From: Acidobacteriota bacterium
GTDB taxonomy: Bacteria; Acidobacteriota; UBA6911; RPQK01; JAJDTT01
NCBI GenBank assembly: GCA_965217775.1
Contig: CBDCJH010000002.1
Coordinates: 320,001-384,000 of the forward strand
Direction of reading: 5' to 3'
DNA length: 64,000 nt
The position numbers and the translations under genes were made by a program. The notes below the pieces were generated by a model. That model worked only from the letters and a program-made list of their open reading frames with translations, was not told the DNA's origin and did no database searches. Shown here piece after piece: positions 37,281-47,249 of this stretch. Each line of letters starts with the position of its first letter. Position 1 is the stretch's first letter.

Positions 37281-39320
37281 TCAAGGAGCCGAGTCGGGCT
37301 GGATGAAAAAAGCGTAGGTGTTGGTGTCGCGGCCGTCGTAAATGATGCTGTATTGGACCATCAACTCGTTCGGCGCGCCGTTTTGCCGATTGACGATGCA
37401 GTTGTGGCTGTACCCGTCGAGATACCGGGCGTCGCTGCTCACGATAATCCCCTTACCCCAGTTGATCCCGTCGTCGGACTGGTAGAGAACGAAACGGCCT
37501 CGTCCCTCTCCGACGCTTCCGGACCGCCCGTGCAGGTAATATTTGCCTCCCAGATAGGCCAGCTCCGGATCGCGGATCTTCTGGTCCACATAGGCCCTCT
37601 CCTGGGGGCTCCAGGTCTCTCCCTGATCCCCGCTGATGGTGTAGAAGAAATGGTATTCGTCGTGGTGGGTGTAGGCTCCGGCTAGCAGGCGGCCATCCTC
37701 CATGATGCACATGGCGCCGTACCACTTGTCGGGGTCCAGCGACAACGTACTCCGCCTGGTCCAGGTCTGCCCGTCGTCGGTGCTGACGTAAAGCACGTGG
37801 TGACCCGAATTGCTGTCGAAGAGGACGTAGTTGGTTCGGCCGTCCACCGCCACCGCGCACGGATACCCTGTGAAGTCGCCGTCGATGGGCGCGTACTCGG
37901 TCCAACTTGAGCCGTGGTCGCGGCTGACCATGATCCCGCTGCCGGTCCGGCTGTTGTCCAGAAGGAAATGGGTCAGAAACAGGACGGCGGTGCCCTGTTC
38001 CGTGACCAGGCCCTCCTCGACCCAGACCGGATGCTCCGGATCTCGCCTGTACTGGTCGTAGGAATACTGGAATTTGTTGTATCTCTGCCAACTCGTTGCT
38101 CCGTCGTCGCTGAAGGCATACTCACTCCAGCCGTCCAGGTTGTGGTCGCTGGCATTGGAATGGAAGGCCACGATTCGACCGTCGGCGTACTGCATGCAGA
38201 CGGGACCCCCATGGGAGTTGCGCCCCGGATCGTCGTTCTCGAAATCGACGATGACGTCGCCGAAGATCTCGTCCCCCAGGCGCGTTTCCGGATCGTGATC
38301 GTAGACCAGAGCACTTTCGATCCGGTCATACGGCTTCAAACTGTCCACCAGGATCTCGTCGCTCCACTGGATGTTGTTGCCGGTCTCGGTGATCCCGACG
38401 GCGATGATGGAGGCGCGGAAGTCGTTTTGGCCCTCCGGGACCTGCAGACACATCTCGATGATGGTGGGCTCGCTGAAATCCCAGGGAAACTGGGGATGAT
38501 GCCGTCCGGAAACGGGCAGTCCGCCAGGTTCACCGATGAGGTTCCCGTCCAGGTCGAAGGTTCGGTAGCGAAGTTCGGTGCCGGGCGGTGCGGATTGCCC
38601 CGGCTCTCCGGCCACCACGGCAAAACCCACGTCCCTGTCGGGGCCGAAGACCCCGGTCAGGACCCGGCAGTCGCCGTCGGAGAGCCACTCGTCCGGCGTC
38701 TGGCCCGCAACCGAAAAGACCTCGTTGATCTCTCCGGTGGTTTCGTGTTCCAGGAGATACCTGCCTTGAACGTCCAGTGAGTCGGAGGAGCAGGGAGCCC
38801 TGGTGAAGATTGAAACCGCTCCGACCACCAATTCCGCCGGATCGGCCGGAGTCAGGGTAAAGATTCGGGCTCCCCCTGCGGGCAGAGTCGTCCGGAAGAG
38901 ATTCCCCTCCGCCACCCGGCCGTCGAACAGGGCGTCCGGCGCCTGGGAAGAGCCCCGGTGAAAGAGTACCGCCAAGTCACATGCGCGCCCGACCGGCCCC
39001 GCGTTGGTAACGACGATCTCGGTCCGGGAGATATTCCGTCCCAAGGGTCCCATCACGACCTGGGGTAGAGTTGCCGCCGTGGCGCAGGCTGCGCCGTCCC
39101 AGACGGAACGGCAATAGGGAGTCGTCACTTGAAAGCTCGCCGCGTTCCGGGTTGTTTCTCCGCCCGTCGAGGCCCGCGCACTGGTGGAGGGGAGGGAATC
39201 CGGTCCTGGTGCCTTTCCGGTTTGGAAAGCAGCTCCGGGTGCAGCGGCGAACCATATGGTTAGGACCAATACCCCCGAAATCATGGGCAGAGAATAGGTT
39301 CCAGGAAGCCTCCGGCGCAA
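37281..39320 (-). CDS. Secreted BNR/Asp-box (sialidase-like) beta-propeller protein with an extra N-terminal domain
   Basis: Asp-boxes SDDGATSW, SRDHGSSW, STDDGQTW, SGDQGETW, SDDGINW; signal peptide. Confidence 0.8.
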   Translation of the reverse strand: MRRRLPGTYSLPMISGVLVLTIWFAAAPGAAFQTGKAPGPDSLPSTSARASTGGETTRNAASFQVTTPYCRSVWDGAACATAATLPQVVMGPLGRNISRTEIVVTNAGPVGRACDLAVLFHRGSSQAPDALFDGRVAEGNLFRTTLPAGGARIFTLTPADPAELVVGAVSIFTRAPCSSDSLDVQGRYLLEHETTGEINEVFSVAGQTPDEWLSDGDCRVLTGVFGPDRDVGFAVVAGEPGQSAPPGTELRYRTFDLDGNLIGEPGGLPVSGRHHPQFPWDFSEPTIIEMCLQVPEGQNDFRASIIAVGITETGNNIQWSDEILVDSLKPYDRIESALVYDHDPETRLGDEIFGDVIVDFENDDPGRNSHGGPVCMQYADGRIVAFHSNASDHNLDGWSEYAFSDDGATSWQRYNKFQYSYDQYRRDPEHPVWVEEGLVTEQGTAVLFLTHFLLDNSRTGSGIMVSRDHGSSWTEYAPIDGDFTGYPCAVAVDGRTNYVLFDSNSGHHVLYVSTDDGQTWTRRSTLSLDPDKWYGAMCIMEDGRLLAGAYTHHDEYHFFYTISGDQGETWSPQERAYVDQKIRDPELAYLGGKYYLHGRSGSVGEGRGRFVLYQSDDGINWGKGIIVSSDARYLDGYSHNCIVNRQNGAPNELMVQYSIIYDGRDTNTYAFFIQPDSAP

Positions 39321-39423
39321 GGCGCTCCTGATTCGGGCCGCGTTGACACTCGGAGCGCCCCTGTGCTAGTTATTGCCGTCTCCGGCGGTCACCTGACAAA
39401 TCTCCAACAATGAGGACGAGTGC

Positions 39424-40575
39424 ATGGCGCCAAAGAGTCGACACCTGTTTAGCTCGGAATCGGTCACCGAAGGGCATCCCGACAAGATTGCGGACCAGGT
39501 TTCCGATGGTGTTCTGGACGCGGTCCTGACGGAAGACCCTCAGGGACGGGTGGCCTGCGAGACTCTGGTGACGACTGGTCTGGTGGTCATAGCCGGAGAA
39601 GTGACGACCACCTGCACACCCGACTACCCGGGGATCGCCCGCCAAGTCATTCGAGACGTGGGATATACGCGAGCCAAATACGGGTTCGACTGCGAGACCT
39701 GCGGCGTGATCTGCTCCGTGGACCGGCAGTCGCCGGATATTGCCTTGGGCGTGGACACCGGGGGCGCCGGCGACCAGGGACTCATGTTCGGTTACGCCTG
39801 CACCGAAACCCCTCAGTTGATGCCGCTGCCCATCATGCTGGCCCACGCGCTCACCCGTCGTCTGTCCGAAAGCCGCCGCCAGGGAATCCTGAACTGGCTG
39901 CGTCCCGACGGAAAGTCCCAGGTGACGGTGGAGTACGACGGGACGAAACCGGTCCGCGTCGACACCGTCGTGGTCTCGACCCAGCACAGCCCCGACGTCT
40001 CCTACCAGGATCTGTGTGACGGCATCCGGGAACAGGTGATCCACGCCGTGGTTCCCGCCGGACTCATGGACGGGGACACGACGATCCACATCAACCCGAC
40101 GGGGCGGTTCGTGACGGGCGGGCCCCAGGGTGACTGCGGGGTGACGGGCCGGAAGATCATCGTCGACACCTACGGCGGAATGGGAGGGCATGGAGGGGGC
40201 GCTTTCTCGGGGAAGGACCCGTCCAAGGTCGACCGTTCCGCCTCTTACATGGCCCGTTACATCGCCAAGAACTGTGTCGCCGCGGGACTTGCCGAGCGCT
40301 TGAAGGTCCAACTGGCCTACGCCATCGGAGTGTCCGAACCGGTCTCCGTCGCCGTGGACGCGGAAGGGACCCAAGCCGTGGCTGAGGAGACCATCGGAAA
40401 TCTGGTTCGGGAGCACTTCCGTCTGACTCCCAGGGACATCATCGAGACCCTGCGGCTCCGGCGCCCCATCTTTCGGCAGACGGCCGCTTTCGGTCATTTC
40501 GGCCGGGAGGAAGAGGGCTTCACCTGGGAACGGACCGACAGGGCCGAAGCCCTGCGCCGCGCCGCCGGACTCTGA
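39424..40575 (+). CDS. metK: S-adenosylmethionine synthetase
   Basis: [37 protein letters not shown]. Confidence 0.98.
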   Translation: MAPKSRHLFSSESVTEGHPDKIADQVSDGVLDAVLTEDPQGRVACETLVTTGLVVIAGEVTTTCTPDYPGIARQVIRDVGYTRAKYGFDCETCGVICSVDRQSPDIALGVDTGGAGDQGLMFGYACTETPQLMPLPIMLAHALTRRLSESRRQGILNWLRPDGKSQVTVEYDGTKPVRVDTVVVSTQHSPDVSYQDLCDGIREQVIHAVVPAGLMDGDTTIHINPTGRFVTGGPQGDCGVTGRKIIVDTYGGMGGHGGGAFSGKDPSKVDRSASYMARYIAKNCVAAGLAERLKVQLAYAIGVSEPVSVAVDAEGTQAVAEETIGNLVREHFRLTPRDIIETLRLRRPIFRQTAAFGHFGREEEGFTWERTDRAEALRRAAGL

Positions 40576-40643
40576 CGCCCTGGCCCTGGCATCCACCCAC
40601 TTCTCACTCCTCACTCCTCATCTTCCCTCCGCTCCGGTAAACT

Positions 40644-41762
40644 GTGCCCATTGTGAGAGAGTCCGCCGAGCTGGCCGGAGCCATCGAGGAAATCCTGGAA
40701 AGCGGCCGCGGCGCCGTCCTGGCGACAGTCATCGAGATCACCGGCTCGGCATACCGCCGGCAGGGGGCCAAGCTCGTCATCGGCTCCGACGGCGACTTCC
40801 GGGGCATGATCTCGGGAGGATGTCTCGAACCTGAAGTCGCGCGGGCAGCAAGCCGGGTCTTCGAAACGGGACGAGCCGTCACGGAGGTGTTCGACCTCAC
40901 CGAGGACGCGATCTGGGGATTGAGATTGGGTTGCGGAGGAGTCGTCCGGGTCCTGCTGGAGACCATCGGCCGGGACCCGGTCTGGGAACGTTGGCTGAGC
41001 GCCCTGAAGAACGGCGAAAGGGCCGTTCGGGCCGTCGTTTGCGAACCCGACCCGAAACCCGAGTCCCTGGGGCGTTGGCTTTTTGTGGCTCCCGGCGAGT
41101 CGCCGGCGGGTCCCCTGGCCCAGGAAGCGTTAGGCCAGGAAGTGATTCCGGCAGCCCGTGAGATCCTGGGCCGACCTCTTCCGCAGTCCAGGGTCTACAC
41201 CTCGGGAAACGCGCGCGTCTTTCTGGACGTCAATCGCCCCCCCTTGGAGATCGTCGTTTTCGGGGCCGGCATGGACGCGGTTCCCGTGGTCCGGTTGGCG
41301 TTGAGTCTGGGCTTTTCCGTGAACGTCGTCGATCCCCGGCCCTCCTTGAACCGGCCGGAGCGCTTTCCGGGAGCGAGGATCACCATCTCCCATCCCACGG
41401 AATTCCCGGAGAAGGTGGCGATGCCGGCCGGCAGCTACGCTCTGATCATGAACCACCATTTGGACCGGGACGGCGCCGGAATCCGCTATGCCATGGAGAG
41501 CGGAGCCCTCTACGTGGGGGTGCTGGGACCCCGGCCCAGGTTCCGGAAGCTCATGGATGAGTTGGCCGACGAGGGTTTTCGCCCCGATGCGGCGGCCCGG
41601 GATCGGATTCACAACCCCGTGGGCCTGGACATCGGAGCCGAGGGTCCCGAGCAGATCGCGGTCAGTATTCTGGCGGAGATCCTGGCCGTCCACAATGGAT
41701 TCGGCGGCGGCTTTTTGGCGGCGCGATCCGGGGGAATCCACGAAATGTGCCGTACGCCGTAA
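40644..41762 (+). CDS. XdhC/CoxI family molybdoenzyme maturation factor
   Basis: GSAYRRQGAK, ISGGCLE, LGCGG, VFGAG.DA, PVGLDIGAEGPEQIAVSI. Confidence 0.92.
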   Translation: MPIVRESAELAGAIEEILESGRGAVLATVIEITGSAYRRQGAKLVIGSDGDFRGMISGGCLEPEVARAASRVFETGRAVTEVFDLTEDAIWGLRLGCGGVVRVLLETIGRDPVWERWLSALKNGERAVRAVVCEPDPKPESLGRWLFVAPGESPAGPLAQEALGQEVIPAAREILGRPLPQSRVYTSGNARVFLDVNRPPLEIVVFGAGMDAVPVVRLALSLGFSVNVVDPRPSLNRPERFPGARITISHPTEFPEKVAMPAGSYALIMNHHLDRDGAGIRYAMESGALYVGVLGPRPRFRKLMDELADEGFRPDAAARDRIHNPVGLDIGAEGPEQIAVSILAEILAVHNGFGGGFLAARSGGIHEMCRTP

Positions 41763-41804
41763 TCCGGCGATGGAGGGAGGGCACGGGACTCGCGGCGCAC
41801 GCGG

Positions 41805-42515
41805 CTACTGGATCCAGTAGTCGTCCTTACGGTTCCGTCTCTTCTCGTCGAGCACCCGGAATCGGCTGCGCATTCGCTTCAGTTTCCACCGATGGTACGC
41901 CTGGCGCACGGCTCCGAGTGAGAGCCAGCGCTTCAGATAGAGGAAAGCGACGATCATGCCGCCCAGGTGGGCGACGTGGGCGATGGTGCTGCCGGGAGAA
42001 TCCAGGGCCGAAATGAAGGCGATGAGTCCCAGCACGGCCACGACGTACTTCACCTTGACCGGCAGCAGGAAGTAGAGATAGACGCGGCGCTCGGGGAACA
42101 TCATGCCGTAGGCCGTGAGGATCCCGTATATCGACCCGCTGGCTCCGATGGTGGGTATCGTTCCCATTGGATCCACCACGACCGACAGCAGCCCGGCTCC
42201 GATTCCGGTGATCAGGAAAAAGCGCAGGAACGACCGGCTGCCCCAGTATCGTTCCAGCTCGCGGCCGAACATCCAGAGCGTGAACATGTTCCAGAAGAGG
42301 TGCCAGAAGTCGGCGTGGAGGAACAAGTAGGTTCCCAGTTGCCAGATGTAGAGTTTCGACAGGACGGCTATAGGCGTCAGTCCGAAGATCCACAACAGAT
42401 CCGGACCGGCGGCCCACTGTAGAATAAAGGCCAGCCCGCAACCGACGACCAGGTACTTGACCATTGGCGTCAAGAGGGGACCGATCGTCACTTGGTACCC
42501 GGGACCAAACCTCAC
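41805..42515 (-). CDS. Rhomboid family intramembrane serine protease
   Basis: FLH..HLFWNM, GASG, AHVAHLGG. Confidence 0.92.
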   Translation of the reverse strand: MRFGPGYQVTIGPLLTPMVKYLVVGCGLAFILQWAAGPDLLWIFGLTPIAVLSKLYIWQLGTYLFLHADFWHLFWNMFTLWMFGRELERYWGSRSFLRFFLITGIGAGLLSVVVDPMGTIPTIGASGSIYGILTAYGMMFPERRVYLYFLLPVKVKYVVAVLGLIAFISALDSPGSTIAHVAHLGGMIVAFLYLKRWLSLGAVRQAYHRWKLKRMRSRFRVLDEKRRNRKDDYWIQ

Positions 42516-42795
42516 TCATGAATCATAGCATGGGGAAGAGGAGGAGTGAGGAACGAGGAATGAGGAGTGAGAGGGAGGTGTTGGCCCCAGATTGAGCTGG
42601 GCTGTTCTCGGCCGGGGATTCTGTTCGTGATGTGAAAAGGGGAGAGCCCAGCACCCGGGGATATAGTTCTATGGCCTGTCTTTTCTGTAATTTCCTCGTG
42701 ATTCCAAGAAAAGTGTTTGACAGACCTTGCAGCCGGTTGAAGAATAGGGAGCGCCCTGAGTGGGAGCTTCTGATCACCGTTGTTCGAGACCTTTG

Positions 42796-43233
42796 ATGCA
42801 GCTATCGGGAACGCACCGACTGGCCTTATCCCGTCTCCGAGTCTGGCAGCTATTGAACGATCCCCAGGTGTTGGCCCGGGCCACTCCCGGTGTCAAGACC
42901 CTGGTGCCTGATGGTGAAGACCGTTTCAGAGCGGAGCTGGAACTGGGCCTCGGTCCGATTCGCGGCGTCTTCGGCGGACACGTGGAAGTGCGCGACAAGC
43001 AGGAGCCCTCGGACCTCACCCTGCGGGTCGAGGGAAATGGCAACGTGGGCGGGATCCGGGCCGAGGGAAAGTTGAGGCTGGAAGAGGCGGGCCAGGAGAC
43101 GGTGGTCCACTACCAGGGGAACGCCCTGGTGGCCGGAACCCTGGCGGCCGTCGGCAGCCGGCTCTTTTCCGGAATGGCCCGGAAGCTGGCGGCGGAATTC
43201 TTCGAAAATCTTCAACGGGAGGGGAGCGAGTGA
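42796..43233 (+). CDS. coxG: CoxG/SRPBCC family protein
   Basis: VWQLLNDPQVLARATPG, GTLAAVGSRL. Confidence 0.85.
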   Translation: MQLSGTHRLALSRLRVWQLLNDPQVLARATPGVKTLVPDGEDRFRAELELGLGPIRGVFGGHVEVRDKQEPSDLTLRVEGNGNVGGIRAEGKLRLEEAGQETVVHYQGNALVAGTLAAVGSRLFSGMARKLAAEFFENLQREGSE

Positions 43234-43254
43234 ATCTTCGTCCTCCCTCCCTGG

Positions 43255-43412
43255 CAGCCCGTGGCAAAAGTCGTCACGGCATTCGACCGTCCCTGCATCC
43301 CGGCGGACTGCGTTGCGACTCGGTCACATACTCCCGGTATGCTCCCTCATCGCGCCTTGTCCGGCGGGCGCAGGAACGGTCTCGGTGCTCGCGAGACTTT
43401 CACCACGGACTG
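43255..43412 (-). mobile_element. 158-bp MITE copy 2
   Basis: Reverse complement of copy 1; TSD CTGG at 43251-43254 and 43413-43416. Confidence 0.92.
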
Positions 43413-43445
43413 CTGGGTTCGAACGACCATCCAAGGAGGTAGAAG

Positions 43446-43928
43446 ATGGCACAAGTGTCCATTGAGGTTCGAGTCAATGGGTCGACCTATCGGAGGGAGG
43501 TGGAGCCTCGATTGCTCCTGGTGCACTTGCTTCGAGATGTGTTGGGTTTGACCGGGACTCACGTCGGTTGTGACACCTCCAGTTGCGGAGCGTGTACCGT
43601 CCTGCTGGGCGATCTGGCCGTGAAGTCTTGCACGCTGCTGGCGGTTCAGGCCGACGGCGCCGAGATCACCACGGTGGAGGCGTTGGCCACGAACGGAGAC
43701 CTGCATGCGGTCCAGGAGGGGTTCTGGGAAGAGCATGGACTTCAGTGCGGGTTCTGCACGCCCGGCTTCCTGATGGCCACGGTCCAGCTCCTGGAGCGGA
43801 ATCCGGATCCCGACGACGCCGAGATCCGGCACGCGTTGGAAGGGAACCTGTGCCGTTGCACCGGGTATCAGCACATCGTCAACGCCGTCCGGAATGCGGC
43901 CGGCAAATTGCGGGAAGCGGCAAGCTAG
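43446..43928 (+). CDS. coxS: CoxS-like 2x[2Fe-2S] subunit
   Basis: GCDTSSCGACTV, QCGFCTPG, NLCRCTGY. Confidence 0.93.
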   Translation: MAQVSIEVRVNGSTYRREVEPRLLLVHLLRDVLGLTGTHVGCDTSSCGACTVLLGDLAVKSCTLLAVQADGAEITTVEALATNGDLHAVQEGFWEEHGLQCGFCTPGFLMATVQLLERNPDPDDAEIRHALEGNLCRCTGYQHIVNAVRNAAGKLREAAS

Positions 43929-43940
43929 GAAGGAGGAAGG

Positions 43941-46286
43941 ATGGCGACCAAATTTTTCGGTACACCAGTCAAGCGCCGCGAGGATCGGCGTCTGCTCACC
44001 GGGGGCAGCCAGTACACGGACGACCTCGTGATCCCGGGAATGGTCCATGCGGCCATCGTCCGCAGTCCTCACGCCCACGCCAACATCAAGTCCGTCGACG
44101 TGGAAGCGGCTCGGTCGGCCCCGGGAGTCGTGGCCGTGTTCACCGGGAAGGATATGGAAGGAGTGGCCGGCATCCCCACGGCCTGGCTCATTCCCGACAG
44201 TGATCTCAAGACGCCCGAGCATCCGGCGTTGGCCCGGGACCGGGTCCGTTACGTCGGCGACGGTGTGGCCGTCGTTCTGGCCGAGGACCGTTACCTGGCC
44301 GAGGACGCCGCCCAACTGGTTCAGGTCGACTACGAGATCCTGGACGCGGTGGCGGATCAGGTTAAGGCAGTCGAGGAGGGGGCTCCCCAGGTCCACGACG
44401 ATGCGCCCTCCAACAGATGTTTTCTGTTCAAGCTCGGTGGCGGCGATCTGGACCAGGCGTTTCAGGACGCCGACCACGTCCTCAAGTTCCGGACGACCAA
44501 TCACCGCATGATTCCCAGCGCCATCGAGCCCCGAGGGTGCTTGGCCCAGTACAACGCCGCCTCCGGCGAGTTGACGCTGCGGATGACCAGCCAGAATCCT
44601 CATATCCATCGACTGCTGCTCTCCATCGTTTTGGGGGTTCCCGAGCATAAGTTGAGGATCGTGACTCCCGAGATCGGGGGCGGCTTCGGCAGCAAGATCG
44701 CCGTGTACGCCGACGAGGCCGTGATGGCATTCTGCGCCATGCAGACGGGCCGCCCGGTCAAGTGGGTGGAAACCCGGCGGGAGAACTTCCTGTGCACCAC
44801 CCACGGGCGAGACCATGTGACCGACGTGGAAGCGGCCTACACCAACGAAGGAAAGATCCTGGGTCTGAAGTTCAAGGCCTGGGCCAACATGGGAGCCTAC
44901 GTTTCCACGGCGGCTCCCGGCGTTCCGACCTGGTTGTACGGTCTGATGCTCTCCGGCGTGTATGACGTAGCGGCGGTGGGCGCGGAGGTGGTGGGAGTCT
45001 TCACTCACACCACTCCTGTGGACGCCTGCCGGGGCGCCGGCCGGCCCGAGGCCACGTACCTCCTGGAACGGGCCGTAGACCTGGTGGCCCAGCGGTTGGA
45101 CATGGACCCGGTAGATATCCGGCGCCGGAATTTCATCGGCAAGGAGAAGTTTCCGCATCCGGTGGCCACCGGGGTCATCTACGACAGCGGCGACTACGAC
45201 GCGGCCCTTGACCGGTGCCTGGAAATGGTCGACTACGAGGCTTTTCGAAACGAGCAGGCGGAGGCGCGGAAACAGGGCCGTTATCTCGGGATCGGTTTCT
45301 CAACCTACGTCGAGATCTGCGGGCTGGGTCCCAGCTCGATCGTGGGAAGCACCGGATTTCAGGGGGGGCTCTGGGAGTCCTCGGTGGTTCGGGTGCACCC
45401 CACCGGCAAGGTCACCGTCATGACCGGCGCCAACCCTCACGGCCAAGGGGAGGAGACGACCTTCGCCCAGGTGGTGGGAGACGTGCTGGGAGTGGACATA
45501 GACGACGTGGAGCTGGTTCACGGAGACACGGACCTGGTTCCCATGGGAATGGGGACCTACGGCAGCCGCGCCACGGCCGTGGGCGGGATCGCTGCTTTCA
45601 AGGCCGCCGAGAAGGTGGTGGACAAGGCTCGCAAGATCGCGGCGCATCAGCTGGAGGCCCGGGACGAAGACCTGGAGTTCGAGGACGGCCGCTTCCAGGT
45701 GAAGGGGACCGACCAGGGAATGAGCTTCCAGGACGTGGCTCTGCAGGCCTATCTGGCCTGGAACCTGCCCGAGGGCTTGGAGCCGGGGTTGGAGGCCCAG
45801 TCCTTCTACGATCCCAGCAATTTCGTGTTTCCCTTCGGAGCGCATGCCTGCATCGTCGAGGTGGACGCCGAGACCGGCCAGACCAAGATCGTCAGGTACG
45901 TGGCCGTGGACGACTGCGGCAAGGTGATCAATCCACTGATCGTAGACGGCCAGATCCACGGCGGCATCGCTTTCGGAATCGCCCAGGCGCTGTACGAACA
46001 CGCACAGTACGACGAGTCGGCACAGCTCCTGACCGGGACCATGATGGATTACGCGGTGCCCAAACCGGGTCAGATGCCCAGCTTCGAGCTGGATCGGACC
46101 GTCACTCCTTCTCCCGTCAATCCCTTGGGGCTCAAGGGGATCGGAGAAGCCGGCAGCATCGGCAGCACGGCCGCGGTAGCCAATGCGGTTGCCGACGCGC
46201 TGGGTCCTTTCGGAATAGATCATGTGGAGATGCCTTTCACGCCCCAGCGCGTGTGGCAGGCCATTCAGCAGGCACAGGGGAGGTAG
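43941..46286 (+). CDS. Molybdopterin-binding large subunit, form II CoxL-like / xanthine oxidase family
   Basis: GGGFGSK, active-site loop ACRGAGRPE, HGQG, GTYGSR, GQIHGG, KGIGEAG. Lacks the form I motif AYxCSFR. Confidence 0.9.
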   Translation: MATKFFGTPVKRREDRRLLTGGSQYTDDLVIPGMVHAAIVRSPHAHANIKSVDVEAARSAPGVVAVFTGKDMEGVAGIPTAWLIPDSDLKTPEHPALARDRVRYVGDGVAVVLAEDRYLAEDAAQLVQVDYEILDAVADQVKAVEEGAPQVHDDAPSNRCFLFKLGGGDLDQAFQDADHVLKFRTTNHRMIPSAIEPRGCLAQYNAASGELTLRMTSQNPHIHRLLLSIVLGVPEHKLRIVTPEIGGGFGSKIAVYADEAVMAFCAMQTGRPVKWVETRRENFLCTTHGRDHVTDVEAAYTNEGKILGLKFKAWANMGAYVSTAAPGVPTWLYGLMLSGVYDVAAVGAEVVGVFTHTTPVDACRGAGRPEATYLLERAVDLVAQRLDMDPVDIRRRNFIGKEKFPHPVATGVIYDSGDYDAALDRCLEMVDYEAFRNEQAEARKQGRYLGIGFSTYVEICGLGPSSIVGSTGFQGGLWESSVVRVHPTGKVTVMTGANPHGQGEETTFAQVVGDVLGVDIDDVELVHGDTDLVPMGMGTYGSRATAVGGIAAFKAAEKVVDKARKIAAHQLEARDEDLEFEDGRFQVKGTDQGMSFQDVALQAYLAWNLPEGLEPGLEAQSFYDPSNFVFPFGAHACIVEVDAETGQTKIVRYVAVDDCGKVINPLIVDGQIHGGIAFGIAQALYEHAQYDESAQLLTGTMMDYAVPKPGQMPSFELDRTVTPSPVNPLGLKGIGEAGSIGSTAAVANAVADALGPFGIDHVEMPFTPQRVWQAIQQAQGR

Positions 46287-46289
46287 AGC

Positions 46290-47162
46290 ATGTTTCCAGG
46301 CGAATTCGAATACCACGCTCCCGAGACCATCGAGGAGGCCCTCGACCTTCTGAGCCGTCATGGCTCCAATGCCAAGCTGCTGGCGGGAGGGCACAGCCTG
46401 ATCCCCATGATGAAGCTGCGTCTGGCCTCGTCCCAGCATCTGGTGGATCTGAGGAAGCTCAAGTCCAGCTTGAGCTACATTCGAGAAGAGAACGGCGATC
46501 TGGCCATCGGAGCTCTCACCACGCATTCGGAGGTGGAGTTCTCCGAAAGCTTGCAGCAGAAGGCGGCTCCCCTGGCCGAGGCCGCGGGAATGATCGGGGA
46601 TGTCCAGGTTCGGAACATGGGAACCTTGGGCGGCAGCCTGGCTCATGCCGATCCGGCGGCCGATCAGCCCGCTCCGGCTCTGGCGTTGGAGGCGCAGCTC
46701 GTTGCCCAGGGTCCCGGTGGGCGGCGGACCATTCCCGCCGACCAGTTCTTTTTCGGCTTCTTCTCCACGGCATTGCAACAGGATGAGTTGCTGGTGGAGG
46801 TGCGGGTTGCCGGCCTGGGCGCCAATGCTGGCGGCTCCTACCTGAAATGCCCCCATCCCGCGTCGGGATACGCCGTCTGCGGCGTCGCAGCAGTGGTCGA
46901 GACCGACGGCGGAGGAAACTGCGTCAAGTGCCGCGTCGGGGTGACGGGAATCTCCGACGGCGCCTACCGGGCCACCGGTGTCGAGTCGGCTCTGGAGGGA
47001 TCCGCCATCAGCGCGGACGCCATCTCGGCGGCCTCGGCCCACGCCACCGATGGAGTGGAGCCCTTGGACGATTACTTTGCCGGCGCCGACTACCGGAGAG
47101 CGTTGGCGGCCGCCTACGTGAGGCGGGCCCTCACCACGGCCTCGGAGCGCGCCGGCGGATAG
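46290..47162 (+). CDS. coxM: CoxM-like FAD-binding subunit
   Basis: LAGGHSLIPMMKLRL, QVRNMGTLGGSLAHADPAAD. Confidence 0.92.
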   Translation: MFPGEFEYHAPETIEEALDLLSRHGSNAKLLAGGHSLIPMMKLRLASSQHLVDLRKLKSSLSYIREENGDLAIGALTTHSEVEFSESLQQKAAPLAEAAGMIGDVQVRNMGTLGGSLAHADPAADQPAPALALEAQLVAQGPGGRRTIPADQFFFGFFSTALQQDELLVEVRVAGLGANAGGSYLKCPHPASGYAVCGVAAVVETDGGGNCVKCRVGVTGISDGAYRATGVESALEGSAISADAISAASAHATDGVEPLDDYFAGADYRRALAAAYVRRALTTASERAGG

Positions 47163-47249
47163 TTCCCGGTGCTTCCAGACGCGCTTTAGCGCCGATTGTC
47201 TCGGGATCGGGCCCGGTCCACACCGGGCCCGCCGATCCCATTCTGTCCA

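Noticed and set aside
43446-47162. Form I aerobic CO dehydrogenase
   Set aside because: No AYxCSFR motif, and the gene order is S-L-M rather than M-S-L.
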